From assembly GCA_963662275.1 (NCBI GenBank), contig OY759316.1, forward strand, positions 896,001 through 960,000: a stretch of DNA of 64,000 nt, written 5' to 3'. The notes under the pieces are model-generated. The model did not search any database. It saw only the letters and a program-made list of their open reading frames with translations, and had not been told where the DNA came from. Numbering within the stretch: position 1 is the stretch's first letter; each line of letters opens with the position of its first letter. The position numbers and the translations under genes are program-made. The DNA comes from Candidatus Cloacimonadales bacterium. GTDB lineage: Bacteria > Cloacimonadota > Cloacimonadia > Cloacimonadales > DAONDQ01. Below are positions 1-10,246 of the stretch, in pieces.

Positions 1-1
1 T

Positions 2-568
2 GGACAAACACACCTCAATCAATATGATTTTGAACCTGTTAATATCACTATCGAATATACAGCTCCTACGAAAGACAGCACTGACTTTGCAGCATTTACC
101 GTAGCAGCTATCTTATTGACCAGCTCACGTGGTCGTTTGCATGAGGCAACTCGCGGAGAAAACAATAACCTTGCTTATTACGCATATGCCACTCATGATT
201 GGAATGCAAACTGGGGTGTAATGGATGTGATTTCTCAAACTTCAATGGATAAAAAAGATACATTAGTTGCAGCTCTTGCACGAGAGGTTCAGAAACTCTC
301 TGGGAATGATGTCACAGTTGAAGAAATTGCCCTGGCAGTACAGGAACAGAAAAAGATTATGGAAAGCTACATGGGAGATAATGATCTTCCTGAATGGCTG
401 ACCTATTACGAAGTAAATGGATTGGGCTGGGAATATGTCTTCAATGGTTATGAAGACTTGGAAAAGGTCACTCCAGAACAAATTAAAGCTGTTGCTCTAA
501 AATACTTGAAAACACCAACTATCTTCATCTCAGAACCTAGTGGTAATGTGAAGAAGATGGTGGACTAG
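2..568 (+). CDS. C-terminal part of an M16 (insulinase-like) peptidase, 5' truncated by window edge
   Basis: Frame open from position 2 (GQTHLNQYDFEPVNITIEYTAPTKDSTDFAAF...LHEATRGENNNLAYYAYA...LEKVTPEQIKAVALKYL), resembling the M16 C-terminal domain. Confidence 0.7.
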   Translation, partial: GQTHLNQYDFEPVNITIEYTAPTKDSTDFAAFTVAAILLTSSRGRLHEATRGENNNLAYYAYATHDWNANWGVMDVISQTSMDKKDTLVAALAREVQKLSGNDVTVEEIALAVQEQKKIMESYMGDNDLPEWLTYYEVNGLGWEYVFNGYEDLEKVTPEQIKAVALKYLKTPTIFISEPSGNVKKMVD

Positions 569-589
569 CGGAAGAAGCTTACAGCGTAC

Positions 590-780
590 AGCTTACAGGG
601 GACAGGAAGAGCAGAGGGGAAGAGCAGACTTGTCTGATCTCCCTCTCTTTGGATAAAGCTTACAGGGGACAGGAAGAGCGGAGGGGAAGAGCAGACTTGT
701 CTGATCTCCCTCCCTTTGGATAAAGCAGACTGATCTGATCTCCCTCCCTTTGGATAAAGGGAGGTATTAAGGGAGAGTTT
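590..780. repeat. 67-bp direct repeat (2 copies + partial) ending in REP-like hairpin CTCCCTTT-GGAT-AAAGGGAG
   Basis: Units start near 591 and 658; hairpin complete at about 744-763; lies between convergent genes. Confidence 0.8.
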
Positions 781-906
781 GATTCTTCTCTTCTCCATGC
801 TAAAACCAAAATACTTCTGTCGGTAGTAGTATCCTTCAGGTTTCTTCAAATCATCACAAGCTAAAGACAGTGACTACCGATCTGCTCTGCTATCTTCCCT
901 AGTCTC

Positions 907-3900
907 TTACTTATACGCAGTTACCCGATAGAAGAAATTTCCGATACCGGCTATACCTTCATCCGTAAATGTAGTGTCCAGCGCTGTATTCGTACTAATC
1001 AGAACCGTCCTTTCAGGATCAAACTCAGGGTCATTGCTGCGGTAAATGTGATATCCGGTTGGATTCCCTGTGCTTGCATCCCAGTTTAGTATAACTTCAC
1101 CGCTTTCTGTATCGACGCTAATTGTTATATTACTCGGAATGGACGGTGGGGTCACACTCTGCCATGTAATGGAAATCTGTGGAGATAGATTGTTCGTTTC
1201 ATTCGTTTCAGTAATTGAGTTCGCTCCATCTGCTTGAGCAAAGATGTGCCAGGTAGCTCCAACGGAGGAATTAAAATTGCAGGAAACGATAGTGCTGTCT
1301 CCATGTCCTAAAGAATATACAGCAATACGGGTATCTCCAGTTTGACCTGATGTTGGAGTGCCTGATGGATTTTTGTAGAAATCGATATAGAAGAGATTCG
1401 TGATATCTACGTTACTATTATTCCTGATCGTGATGAAGACACGTACAGAGTCTCCTGCATTCGGATTGCTATTGGATATAGAATAACGAACATATTGAAG
1501 GTCAGGAACAAATCCTTCCCAATTCACCCTGTTATAGGCATCGGATTCATGATTGGGACCGGCAAATGCGCCTGAAGGTGAAGTGAAATTCACAGTTCCC
1601 TGGTTGGAAGATTTCTTCACATTATAAGCTCCACTCCAGCTATTTGTTGGGAAAACTGCATAAGGAATTGTAAGGGTCTGGGCATTATTGATTGTCAGCA
1701 GAGTTCCGCTACTGATACCATTCTGGAATGTACAATGCGACAGTGGATGTGCTGAATTCACAGTGGCACCATTCTTGATATTAACTCCATCTGTCTTGAG
1801 CTGTTCAAAAGTAGTGTATTCTGCACTGATCGTAGCACCGGATTCAATATTGCAATCATAATAACCACTATAAGATGTAATTATAGCCTGATTTGCAGCA
1901 GTACCGATACTCGAAAGGACACCTCCCTCGTAAACAGTCAGGGCTTTATCACTGCCAATCTTCAATATTGAACTGCTATCAAGAGATAGCTGTGCTCCTC
2001 CATTGACTATTACAGAACCATCTACCTGGAGTATATGGTGATTGGTTAAAAGTTCTCCTGCCATGATATTCAATCCTGAATCACCAAAGAAATTCACATC
2101 TCCCGCTAGTGTTACTGTTTGTGATGATTCGGGAAGAATACTCACAGGCTTGTTGATGGTAACATTTCTCAATTGACCAAGCGAGCTTCCATATGTAATA
2201 CTCTGAGCCTTACGTCCCGCAAAAACCATTGTGTTGGAAGTATTCCAAAGAAGATTGGCAGTTCCCGATGTGGAGAAATGTCCATAGCTATAGCTCGTAC
2301 TTCCGGTTCCATCACCCCACGAACCAGATCTGACAATGATGTTACCAGTTACATACACGGGATTGTTCGTTGTCAATTGCCCTGTACCCTTATCAATGGT
2401 TAGATCGTAGAAATTCAGATAAGGACAGGCTGTTGAGAAGGTAGTATATGCATTACCGCTGGCTTTCACGAGGGATGTCTTGGGAGAAAAGCCCTGGTTG
2501 GAGCTGTAAAAAGCGTTTTCGTCATTCCAATTTCCATTTACAGTAAGGGTATTGGCATTGGGATCAAGACCTGCCCCTGAAGCAATATGGAAATATCCGT
2601 TACAAGTAAGAGAACACATGTTCTGCATCACCAGTATACCGTGTTGAATATACAAGTCATTATTTAAGGTCACCGTAGTAGAAGGAGCTATGTACAATGC
2701 ACGGTTCGTAGAGTCAGCCTTATTCACAATGATAGTTGAAAAAGTTTCATTTGTCAGGATGGAGCCATTTGAGTTACCTTCAAAATAGACTGTGGATGTC
2801 CCTGCAACGAATCCACCGCTACTCACGGTATCAGCCCAATTCCCATCGATATGAAGACTGTATAAACCTGGGGTAAGTTGTCCGTTCTTAATGATCATAG
2901 AACCGCCAAGTTTAACATCACTGGTGAGCGATACGCCTGTGCTCCGAGTTGTTGGTACCTGATATCCTTCATTTCTGAAGACCTGTTGAACCTCAATAGG
3001 CTTAACTCCTTTACTTGACGACTTATTGACGGACATATCCCAAAAACGTGAACTTCCTGTTTGCAAGATATTGGCATTGCGATCACCGATGAATTCAACT
3101 GTTCCGCCTATGGGACTGAAATTACTGCGATAGTTGAGGAAACTGCCATTGATTTGAATCGTGCCACCGCTGATTGCGGAGTTAAAAGAATGACCTCCAC
3201 TACTTGAAATGATAACACCGTGATCTGGAAAACGCAGTATGCCATTTGTCATATTGATCGTTGCATCGCCACCATATGAAACATAAGTGTCAAGAGCCCC
3301 ACCTGATATAGACATTATTCCACCGCTTAGATAAATACCTCCATTGATATCAATATCATGTGTTGTATCCTGTATCAGTGAAAGCGAACCTGCTGAGACA
3401 TAATAATTACCATATACAGAACTATCCACAAGATCTTGAGCAATCATTGTACCACCGCTTACATAGATGTATCCACCCCCATCGAAATGGGCTATGTCTA
3501 TATTTGCACCACTTAGCGCATGGAATTGTGCAAGAGCTGTGTTTAATTCCAGTGTTCCTGAAATGGTCAGTTCTGCATTGCTCCTAGCCAGATTATTGAC
3601 ATGGAGCGTTCCCGATATCGTAACTGGCGAACTAAACGTAAGGAAGTTGGCGCCACTCGTAGAAGCGTTGATATTGTAGAAAGTCGTTCTTCCTGATACG
3701 GTCTGTTCGTTTACAGCACTGTTAAAAGTGATTGTATTTGAACCAGATACAAAACCGGTTGTACCGACACTGTTCTGCCAATGACCTCCCACTGTCATGG
3801 AATATCCCTGGGCATTGAGTATGCCGGAAGAGATGCTGACTGAACCACGGATATCCAAATTCGTCATGACATTCAGGGTTGTACCTGATTCTTTATTCAA

Positions 3901-6900
3901 CCAAAGAGTGCCAATGTAGTTTCCGTTGTCACAGGATATTGACGTTGTACCTATACCGCTGATATCAACACCACCAGACGTTTGATGAACCATATTACTA
4001 GCTTGGGCACTGAAGTTACCCATACAGCGAAGCGTACCGCCTGTGATATTCTTGGCATCATTATTCAGAGTCATACCGGAAGAAGTAAACTGGATCAGCC
4101 CTGAAGCCATCGTCACAGCTCCACTCAGCGTGATGGTTGGAGCTATACCGGAATAATCCGTTCGGAAAGTTCCTCCGTTAACGATTAGGGAAGAGCCGAT
4201 CATATTCCCCGGACTGCCCTTGATCCACATGGTGCTGTTTCCCACATTGATTGTTCCCGAATGACTCAGTGATCCTTTATCGAGTAAATATCCACTGGTT
4301 CCAAGGGATAAGCTTGCATTTGCACTGATTTGCACATAGCTTTGCACTCTTGTCCTTCGACCATTCAGGTTCAGTGTATTGCCATCACTTACCTGGAGAG
4401 AGCCAAGTACACGTAAAGAGTCAGTTGAACCGGATGAGATATTGTTTACCCGGTCTCCGGCAGCAGCACAGAAAGACAATGAACCGAAAGAACAGTCGGT
4501 TCCATTCAGATTGATCGAGCTTCCATTCACACCACGAAATTCAGTAGAACAACTGGCTGGCAGAGCAATGGTTGTACCTGAATAGAATGTGTAATTGCCG
4601 TACACATCGAAATTACCATTAGTTATATTTGCCGTTGCCGTTGTTACCCACTCAAAATTGCCATGCACATTGAGATTATCATTACTCCCTGAATCAACCA
4701 TCTTGAGAGAACCAGCAATTACAGTATTTCCAGTGACATCGACTGTCCTGCCACCGATATTGAGAATTCCTGCAAGTACGGTCAAGTCCCCTGTTATATT
4801 CGTATTCGATGAGATATAGGCTCCTTCCGAACGATCATTCCTGGGTGCTGGACGCTCTGTTGTATAGGCGGGATGTAGAGATCGTCTTACTGATAATCGA
4901 CTTGATGATTTGTTGATGTTTAAAGAACTAAAGCTGCTCCCCGTTGCTAAGTAGATGTCCACATTACCAGTTCCATACAGCTCAACCGAACCACCTTCCG
5001 GATGGAAGTTATTCCGATAACTAAGAAATCCGCCTGTCGTACGTAATGTACCGCCCGTAATGGCTTCTGAGAAAGTGAAGGAATTACTTGATATGATCAG
5101 ACCACAGTCATGAAAATCAATAAGCCCAGAATCCATTGTTATAGATGTATCACGAGAATATGATATATAGGAATAGGAGTAACCGCCGTAAACATGGAAT
5201 TCCCCTCCATTGATATACAGATTAGCATTTAAGTCCGTATAGGAACTGGTATCCTGGTGGAGATTCACGATACAGTCAGGATTTACATTGTAATTTCCAT
5301 AGATACCGTCCTGATCAAGATCAGTTGCCGTAAAAGTACCCAACAGCATATCGAGTGTGCCGGAAGGGAAGTTAAAGAACTGGCAATCAACAACAGCACC
5401 ATCACTTATGCGTAAAGCACCGCTTGCCTTGCTAATCACCATTCTGTAAAAATGCTCATCATGGTTGATGTACTGATATCCGGTACCATTGAATGTGACT
5501 GTACCTGTTCCTTCATTTACGGCATTGGAGCCGGCAAAATTGATCCAATCACCACCTACATACACTTCCATGGGTAAATTGACTGTACCCGCTATTAAAG
5601 TGAAGCTGTCCTTTAAAGTCAAAGGTGAATTGCTGATACTGACTGTCTGGCTTCTCTCCATGCGTTTCATTCTTCCGTCTCTTTGGCGAGTATCTACGAA
5701 ATGAGGCTCTCCTGCACTGCGAGAGCCTTTATTAATAATAAGTGAATTCAACCAGGAACCACTCTGTACATCCAGGTAGGCATTCGCAGACCCATACATC
5801 TCCATGATACCACCACTGGGCTGGAAATCAGACCTGGCAATGCTTAACCATCCGGCTGTACGAATCGTGCCTCCAGTGATATTTAAATTCAAAGGAAACA
5901 TACTATTAATATAGATGCCTACATTAGCAAAATCCAAAACACCGTTGGTCATGTACAGCATCGCTGAATTCTGATAGGGTATATAGGCTGTACCCATACC
6001 GCCATGAATTGTCATCGTTCCGCTGTTGATAACGATCGTTCCCCGTAGATCAACAAATTGTGTGGAATCCTGGGTCAAATCAATGCTTCCGCTTTGCAGG
6101 AGCCAATCACCGTCTATACCGTTATCAGCCAGGTCGACAGCAGCAAAGCTGCCTCCTTCCACTTGGACTCGACCTGCTGTCCAATCATAGGATTGACAGG
6201 TCACTGCTCCTGTAATGTTCAAATATTGAAATGACTTATCCACTTCAAGTGTTCCGAATGTTCCATTGCCGAGGGTTTGTATGGAGCTTCCACTGAAGAT
6301 AACCCTGCCGTTCTGATGAACAAATACAGTACCAGTGCTATCCACCCAGGCACCATTCAGGCGAATCGTTTTACCATTTGCGTTGAATGTACCATTCTGG
6401 AGAATGAAATCATGATTGATAGTGATGTCGCTATCGAGTCGAGCATAACTGGCATCTTCCATACTCACATCATAGAAGGAATTATAACCGGAATTATCAA
6501 TGATCTTGTGTATTCCTGACCGGACAAAATGAATGGAACCGGCACCAAAGGAGTAATGTCCGCCAGTACAGTTGAATTGGTCACCGATATTGATTTTATG
6601 CGTACTATAGTAATACATCCAGCCGTTTGTCACTTCAAGTATTTCCACATTAAGATCTACGGTATTATCAGAATTAAAGCTGACATACCCAGGAGCTGTC
6701 TTATTGATACGCAATGTCCGAAATGATGTAATGCTTGTCGACTTATCTACATAGAAGGCATTATTCCAGCCAGTAAACTCGACGATGCCACTACTATTAA
6801 TGGTGGAACCTCCTGTTGATAGCCAACTACCGCCAATACTTAACCGGGCTGACTGAAAGGAATTACCGCATTGGAATTGTCCGCCATCCATCCAGGTTGT

Positions 6901-8733
6901 ATTACCGTCAACTGTGACAACAGCATTGTTATTCACCAGCATCACAGTTCCTGTGGAACTCAGATTGCCGAAAACGTGGAGGCTTCCATTATCTACAGAG
7001 AGGGTTGTTGTGGTACCAGTGATGTTAATACTACGGCATTCTGCTGCCATGGCATTATCGATCAGCGGATTATAAGTCTTTTGCGCAATTAGGATATCCT
7101 GTGTGTTGTTTGGAACACCATTAGACCAATTTGCAGGCAGAAACCAATTTCTGCTTACTGTACCCAGCCATTCATTCGGCTGTACATTGGATATCGTGAA
7201 ACTGATTGTGGATTCATTTGCGGTCCCGACATCTGAAATGACCAGGTTACCATCAATCATGGATGTTGTGTTTGTATACAACCAGGGTTTCGAGGCGGTA
7301 AAATTATTAAATACTGTTCGACCCGATTCCAGGGAGAAATTTGCGATATCTGGATAACCATTTGTGTTGATCGTCCCTCCAGGTCGATAAACGTACAATT
7401 CATCCGGTGGACCCTCTTCATTCCCTTTAATGATGGGATTACCGCTTGCATCATTTTCGTCAATCCGATAGATAATCATTCCTGATAGCGGAACATTGCT
7501 TTCGTAAAGACCACTTCTCCTGCGGAATTCGAGGATATAATACTGATCGGGGATAGATGTTGCAATTTTATAACAGGAATATGGTGATGTATCGATGGCA
7601 GTTAAATAATAGGTTGTGGGTGTGCTGGTGGGATATATTTCAGGCACATACGTGAACCAGTGTCCATATTTTCTTTTCAGATAAGTTGTCCAATGCTGTG
7701 CCGCATCCAAATCCATGAGATCCCAACCTGCAGCAGGATGAATTGAATGCCAAGGTTCATATGGATCATAATGATACAGATCAGGTGCCCCAAGGACATG
7801 GCTTAATTCATGACTGCTGGTAGAGACATTTGCACGGGTTTGAAAGGTGATGATTGCTCCATAGCAGTTTTTTCCATTCACAGTCGTTAACAATGTGGGT
7901 GAATGTACACTTTGTGGCCAGAGAAGGTTATTCCAATTGTCCGGAATACCACGAATTATAATTGTGATCGCATCCACATTATTGTCATAATCGTTATCAA
8001 TATTTAGACTTATTGGTATCATCGACCTAGCGGCATTAACAGCATCGGTTATCAAGTTTTTTTTTCTAGTGTCCAAATCTGTCAAACCATTATAGCCGAT
8101 GGGGTTGGATGTACTGTATTTCAAATAATAGTTGCGAGGATGTGAGTCTATTAAGGATATAACAAAACCTGAGCTGTCAGGTGCAGGATAAAACGTCGAA
8201 TTAATTGTGAGCTGATTTGACGAGATTTCCTTAAAATAGTCTCTTACGGAAATATTGTCTGTTAGATTGAAAACCTTGTCAAAATCACTAAAAGGTGTTA
8301 GATGATCATATTCTGTCTGGTCACTGAAACGCAGGAAGATGCAGATATTGTTCATCGTACCTGTCGTTGATGCTCGGGTGCGATTGGGAAAACACTGCTG
8401 TACACTACTTCTGCTTTGGCTGTGTTCATCAATCTTTACGAGGTTGGGTTGTATGCCTAATGTGGATGGATCCACTTGCCCTACCCGATAATTCGATGCT
8501 TTGATGGATTTCCCATCCGGCATGGCATAGACGGCAATGCCTGTGCTGGGCTGCTGCAATATTGTATAGCCTTGTTTGTCATGAACCCTGTGGTAGAATT
8601 CATCACCGCTGACAAAGACATTCAGTTTCGTTCCGTCCGGTTGTGTATACGTGAAAGGTTCATTCAAAACGAGATTTGCATGTAGCGAAAGGGTTACGAA
8701 GGTGAGCATTAAAAATAAGAATAAGATTTTCAT
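907..8733 (-). CDS. Large secreted M6-family (immune inhibitor A-like) metalloprotease with repeated beta-rich modules, CARDB-like and FN3-like C-terminal domains
   Basis: Signal peptide, TQPDGT...GDEFYH pro-domain, HELSHVLGAPDLY zinc motif, WDLM Met-turn, ITETNETNN CARDB-like motif, GYHIYRS; RBS AAGGAG upstream. Confidence 0.85.
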   Translation of the reverse strand: MKILFLFLMLTFVTLSLHANLVLNEPFTYTQPDGTKLNVFVSGDEFYHRVHDKQGYTILQQPSTGIAVYAMPDGKSIKASNYRVGQVDPSTLGIQPNLVKIDEHSQSRSSVQQCFPNRTRASTTGTMNNICIFLRFSDQTEYDHLTPFSDFDKVFNLTDNISVRDYFKEISSNQLTINSTFYPAPDSSGFVISLIDSHPRNYYLKYSTSNPIGYNGLTDLDTRKKNLITDAVNAARSMIPISLNIDNDYDNNVDAITIIIRGIPDNWNNLLWPQSVHSPTLLTTVNGKNCYGAIITFQTRANVSTSSHELSHVLGAPDLYHYDPYEPWHSIHPAAGWDLMDLDAAQHWTTYLKRKYGHWFTYVPEIYPTSTPTTYYLTAIDTSPYSCYKIATSIPDQYYILEFRRRSGLYESNVPLSGMIIYRIDENDASGNPIIKGNEEGPPDELYVYRPGGTINTNGYPDIANFSLESGRTVFNNFTASKPWLYTNTTSMIDGNLVISDVGTANESTISFTISNVQPNEWLGTVSRNWFLPANWSNGVPNNTQDILIAQKTYNPLIDNAMAAECRSINITGTTTTLSVDNGSLHVFGNLSSTGTVMLVNNNAVVTVDGNTTWMDGGQFQCGNSFQSARLSIGGSWLSTGGSTINSSGIVEFTGWNNAFYVDKSTSITSFRTLRINKTAPGYVSFNSDNTVDLNVEILEVTNGWMYYYSTHKINIGDQFNCTGGHYSFGAGSIHFVRSGIHKIIDNSGYNSFYDVSMEDASYARLDSDITINHDFILQNGTFNANGKTIRLNGAWVDSTGTVFVHQNGRVIFSGSSIQTLGNGTFGTLEVDKSFQYLNITGAVTCQSYDWTAGRVQVEGGSFAAVDLADNGIDGDWLLQSGSIDLTQDSTQFVDLRGTIVINSGTMTIHGGMGTAYIPYQNSAMLYMTNGVLDFANVGIYINSMFPLNLNITGGTIRTAGWLSIARSDFQPSGGIMEMYGSANAYLDVQSGSWLNSLIINKGSRSAGEPHFVDTRQRDGRMKRMERSQTVSISNSPLTLKDSFTLIAGTVNLPMEVYVGGDWINFAGSNAVNEGTGTVTFNGTGYQYINHDEHFYRMVISKASGALRISDGAVVDCQFFNFPSGTLDMLLGTFTATDLDQDGIYGNYNVNPDCIVNLHQDTSSYTDLNANLYINGGEFHVYGGYSYSYISYSRDTSITMDSGLIDFHDCGLIISSNSFTFSEAITGGTLRTTGGFLSYRNNFHPEGGSVELYGTGNVDIYLATGSSFSSLNINKSSSRLSVRRSLHPAYTTERPAPRNDRSEGAYISSNTNITGDLTVLAGILNIGGRTVDVTGNTVIAGSLKMVDSGSNDNLNVHGNFEWVTTATANITNGNFDVYGNYTFYSGTTIALPASCSTEFRGVNGSSINLNGTDCSFGSLSFCAAAGDRVNNISSGSTDSLRVLGSLQVSDGNTLNLNGRRTRVQSYVQISANASLSLGTSGYLLDKGSLSHSGTINVGNSTMWIKGSPGNMIGSSLIVNGGTFRTDYSGIAPTITLSGAVTMASGLIQFTSSGMTLNNDAKNITGGTLRCMGNFSAQASNMVHQTSGGVDISGIGTTSISCDNGNYIGTLWLNKESGTTLNVMTNLDIRGSVSISSGILNAQGYSMTVGGHWQNSVGTTGFVSGSNTITFNSAVNEQTVSGRTTFYNINASTSGANFLTFSSPVTISGTLHVNNLARSNAELTISGTLELNTALAQFHALSGANIDIAHFDGGGYIYVSGGTMIAQDLVDSSVYGNYYVSAGSLSLIQDTTHDIDINGGIYLSGGIMSISGGALDTYVSYGGDATINMTNGILRFPDHGVIISSSGGHSFNSAISGGTIQINGSFLNYRSNFSPIGGTVEFIGDRNANILQTGSSRFWDMSVNKSSSKGVKPIEVQQVFRNEGYQVPTTRSTGVSLTSDVKLGGSMIIKNGQLTPGLYSLHIDGNWADTVSSGGFVAGTSTVYFEGNSNGSILTNETFSTIIVNKADSTNRALYIAPSTTVTLNNDLYIQHGILVMQNMCSLTCNGYFHIASGAGLDPNANTLTVNGNWNDENAFYSSNQGFSPKTSLVKASGNAYTTFSTACPYLNFYDLTIDKGTGQLTTNNPVYVTGNIIVRSGSWGDGTGSTSYSYGHFSTSGTANLLWNTSNTMVFAGRKAQSITYGSSLGQLRNVTINKPVSILPESSQTVTLAGDVNFFGDSGLNIMAGELLTNHHILQVDGSVIVNGGAQLSLDSSSILKIGSDKALTVYEGGVLSSIGTAANQAIITSYSGYYDCNIESGATISAEYTTFEQLKTDGVNIKNGATVNSAHPLSHCTFQNGISSGTLLTINNAQTLTIPYAVFPTNSWSGAYNVKKSSNQGTVNFTSPSGAFAGPNHESDAYNRVNWEGFVPDLQYVRYSISNSNPNAGDSVRVFITIRNNSNVDITNLFYIDFYKNPSGTPTSGQTGDTRIAVYSLGHGDSTIVSCNFNSSVGATWHIFAQADGANSITETNETNNLSPQISITWQSVTPPSIPSNITISVDTESGEVILNWDASTGNPTGYHIYRSNDPEFDPERTVLISTNTALDTTFTDEGIAGIGNFFYRVTAYK

Positions 8734-9014
8734 AGTCTCTCCTTAGTGGTAGTTGCATCCTTCAGGTTGCTTCTGCTGGATAACAAACAGACGTTTCATA
8801 GTCTTTCCTTAGTGGTAGTTGCATCCTTCAGGTTGCTTCTGCTGGATAACAAACAGACGTTTCATAGTCTTTCCTTTGTGGTAGTTGCATCCTTCAGGTT
8901 GCTTCTGCTGGATAACAAACAGACGTTTCATAGTCTTTCCTTTGTGGTAGTTGCATCCTTCAGGTTGCTTCTGCTGGATAACAAACAGACGTTTCATAGT
9001 CTTTCCTTTGTGGT
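8728..9014. repeat. 66-bp tandem repeat, about 4.3 copies; each unit carries RBS + ATG AAA on the minus strand and a GCATCC-TTCA-GGTTGC hairpin
   Basis: Units start at 8728, 8794, 8860, 8926 and 8992; near-identical, no spacers. Confidence 0.95.
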
Positions 9015-9405
9015 TGATCGTTTCTTACTTTCACTTTATATCAAACTATCAGAAACAGATCGTCTAAGGCAGATTCAATAAATTTCTTGTACAGATACAA
9101 TGCCTAATGTATACTTACAATATAAAATTAGTCAAGAATAAAATTTATCAATGTTACTCATTAAAAATTTCAACCTTCTCAATTTGTTATTGTCAGGATT
9201 TAGGTTATTTCTTTTCTTCTCTTCTCATTTGTAATTTCTTCTCTTCTAATTTGTAATTCGTAATTCATAATTTCTGCTCTCCCTCTGTCCAATCTTCCAT
9301 CTTCCATTTGACACAAATTATATGTGTTTACTAAGTCGCGTGGTAGATAAAAATAGAAGAAAAAAGCTCCGAAAAAAGCATCTACCTAAGAAAATCTAAA
9401 AAAGT

Positions 9406-9445
9406 CTAGATGATCCCTAGATGATCCCTAGATAATGCCTAGATG
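9406..9445. repeat. 11-bp tandem repeat CTAGATGATCC (about 3.6 copies)
   Basis: Units at 9406, 9417, 9428 and 9439. Confidence 0.75.
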
Positions 9446-9505
9446 AAACTTACTTCAAAAAGAAAGTGCGAAGTGCGAGGTTCGAAGTCAGAAGTTCCGA
9501 AGAGC

Positions 9506-9666
9506 AGTAGCAACGAATTTATTCGTTGTATCGGTTTGATTTATCAAACCAAACCCATTTCAATGGGAAAAATCTAGCTGTAGTGGCTGACGTCCCGGCA
9601 GCCTTATATCACGCCCGGAGGTCGTGAACTATGGCAGTTCATCCAACGACTGAAGTAGTTGCTACT
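9506..9666. repeat. REP-like inverted doublet (AGTAGCAACGAATTTATTCGTTG ... CAACGACTGAAGTAGTTGCTACT)
   Basis: Two GTAG-footed hairpins in inverted orientation, with additional small hairpins between them. Confidence 0.6.
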
Positions 9667-9810
9667 GTTCATAAGTATTTTTTATTCTTTGACAAATTTC
9701 CCTATCCTCTAAATCTTCATATGAATATTCAATCGTCGTTTAATAATGTTTGGGAGATGCATTCATGCCCATTAATTATATCAATATGTCTGTAGAAGCG
9801 GAGTAGCTCA

Positions 9811-9915
9811 ATGAGCTTCACTTCGTTTCATTCTAAATACATCGCTTACGAGCTGACAAAACGCTGTTCCTCTGATCTGAAATCAGGACTGGAACGTGAA
9901 ATCAAAGTCCTATAG
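9811..9915 (+). pseudogene. Miniature, internally deleted copy of the SNF2 helicase gene (34 aa), with duplicated upstream region from about 9689
   Basis: MSFTSFHSKYIAYELTKRCSSD fused in frame to LKSGLEREIK; matches 13544-13609 joined to 16118 onward; 9689-9797 resembles 13328-13440. Confidence 0.9.
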
Positions 9916-10246
9916 TTACAAACTTCAGGAGATAACATAATAAGCATTTCCCATCATAGACATGATTGGATATGCTGTTGAACAAGCTCAAGTAGCAGGG
10001 TGATTTTGAATATGTATTTGGAAATTGCTTTTTGAAGATTTCTTGGGTTGAATTGGATTTTTACAATTTTAGCAGAGTCTTTTACCAATGGAAGAGATGA
10101 TTTTCTTTTCAGAAGTTATCAAATCACTTTGAGATCAGACTTTTTGTGTATGGGCTGATATTGTTTTCAAGTATTTTAGCAAATTGCCTGTAATATTTCG
10201 GTTGTTTCTATAATTTAGGCAAGACAATCCCGTCGGTAAAATTAAC

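Noticed and set aside
565..849. 94-aa minus-strand ORF
   Set aside because: Lies over repeat and hairpin DNA between convergent genes, with no protein-like features.
8728..9014. CRISPR array
   Set aside because: Units are contiguous and near-identical, with no unique spacers and no cas genes nearby.
9722..9780. Conserved leader (GGGAGATGCATTCATGCCC, also at about 13391) as a riboswitch
   Set aside because: Only superficially like a fluoride riboswitch start, lacking the downstream conserved elements; conservation is explained by the SNF2 block duplication.
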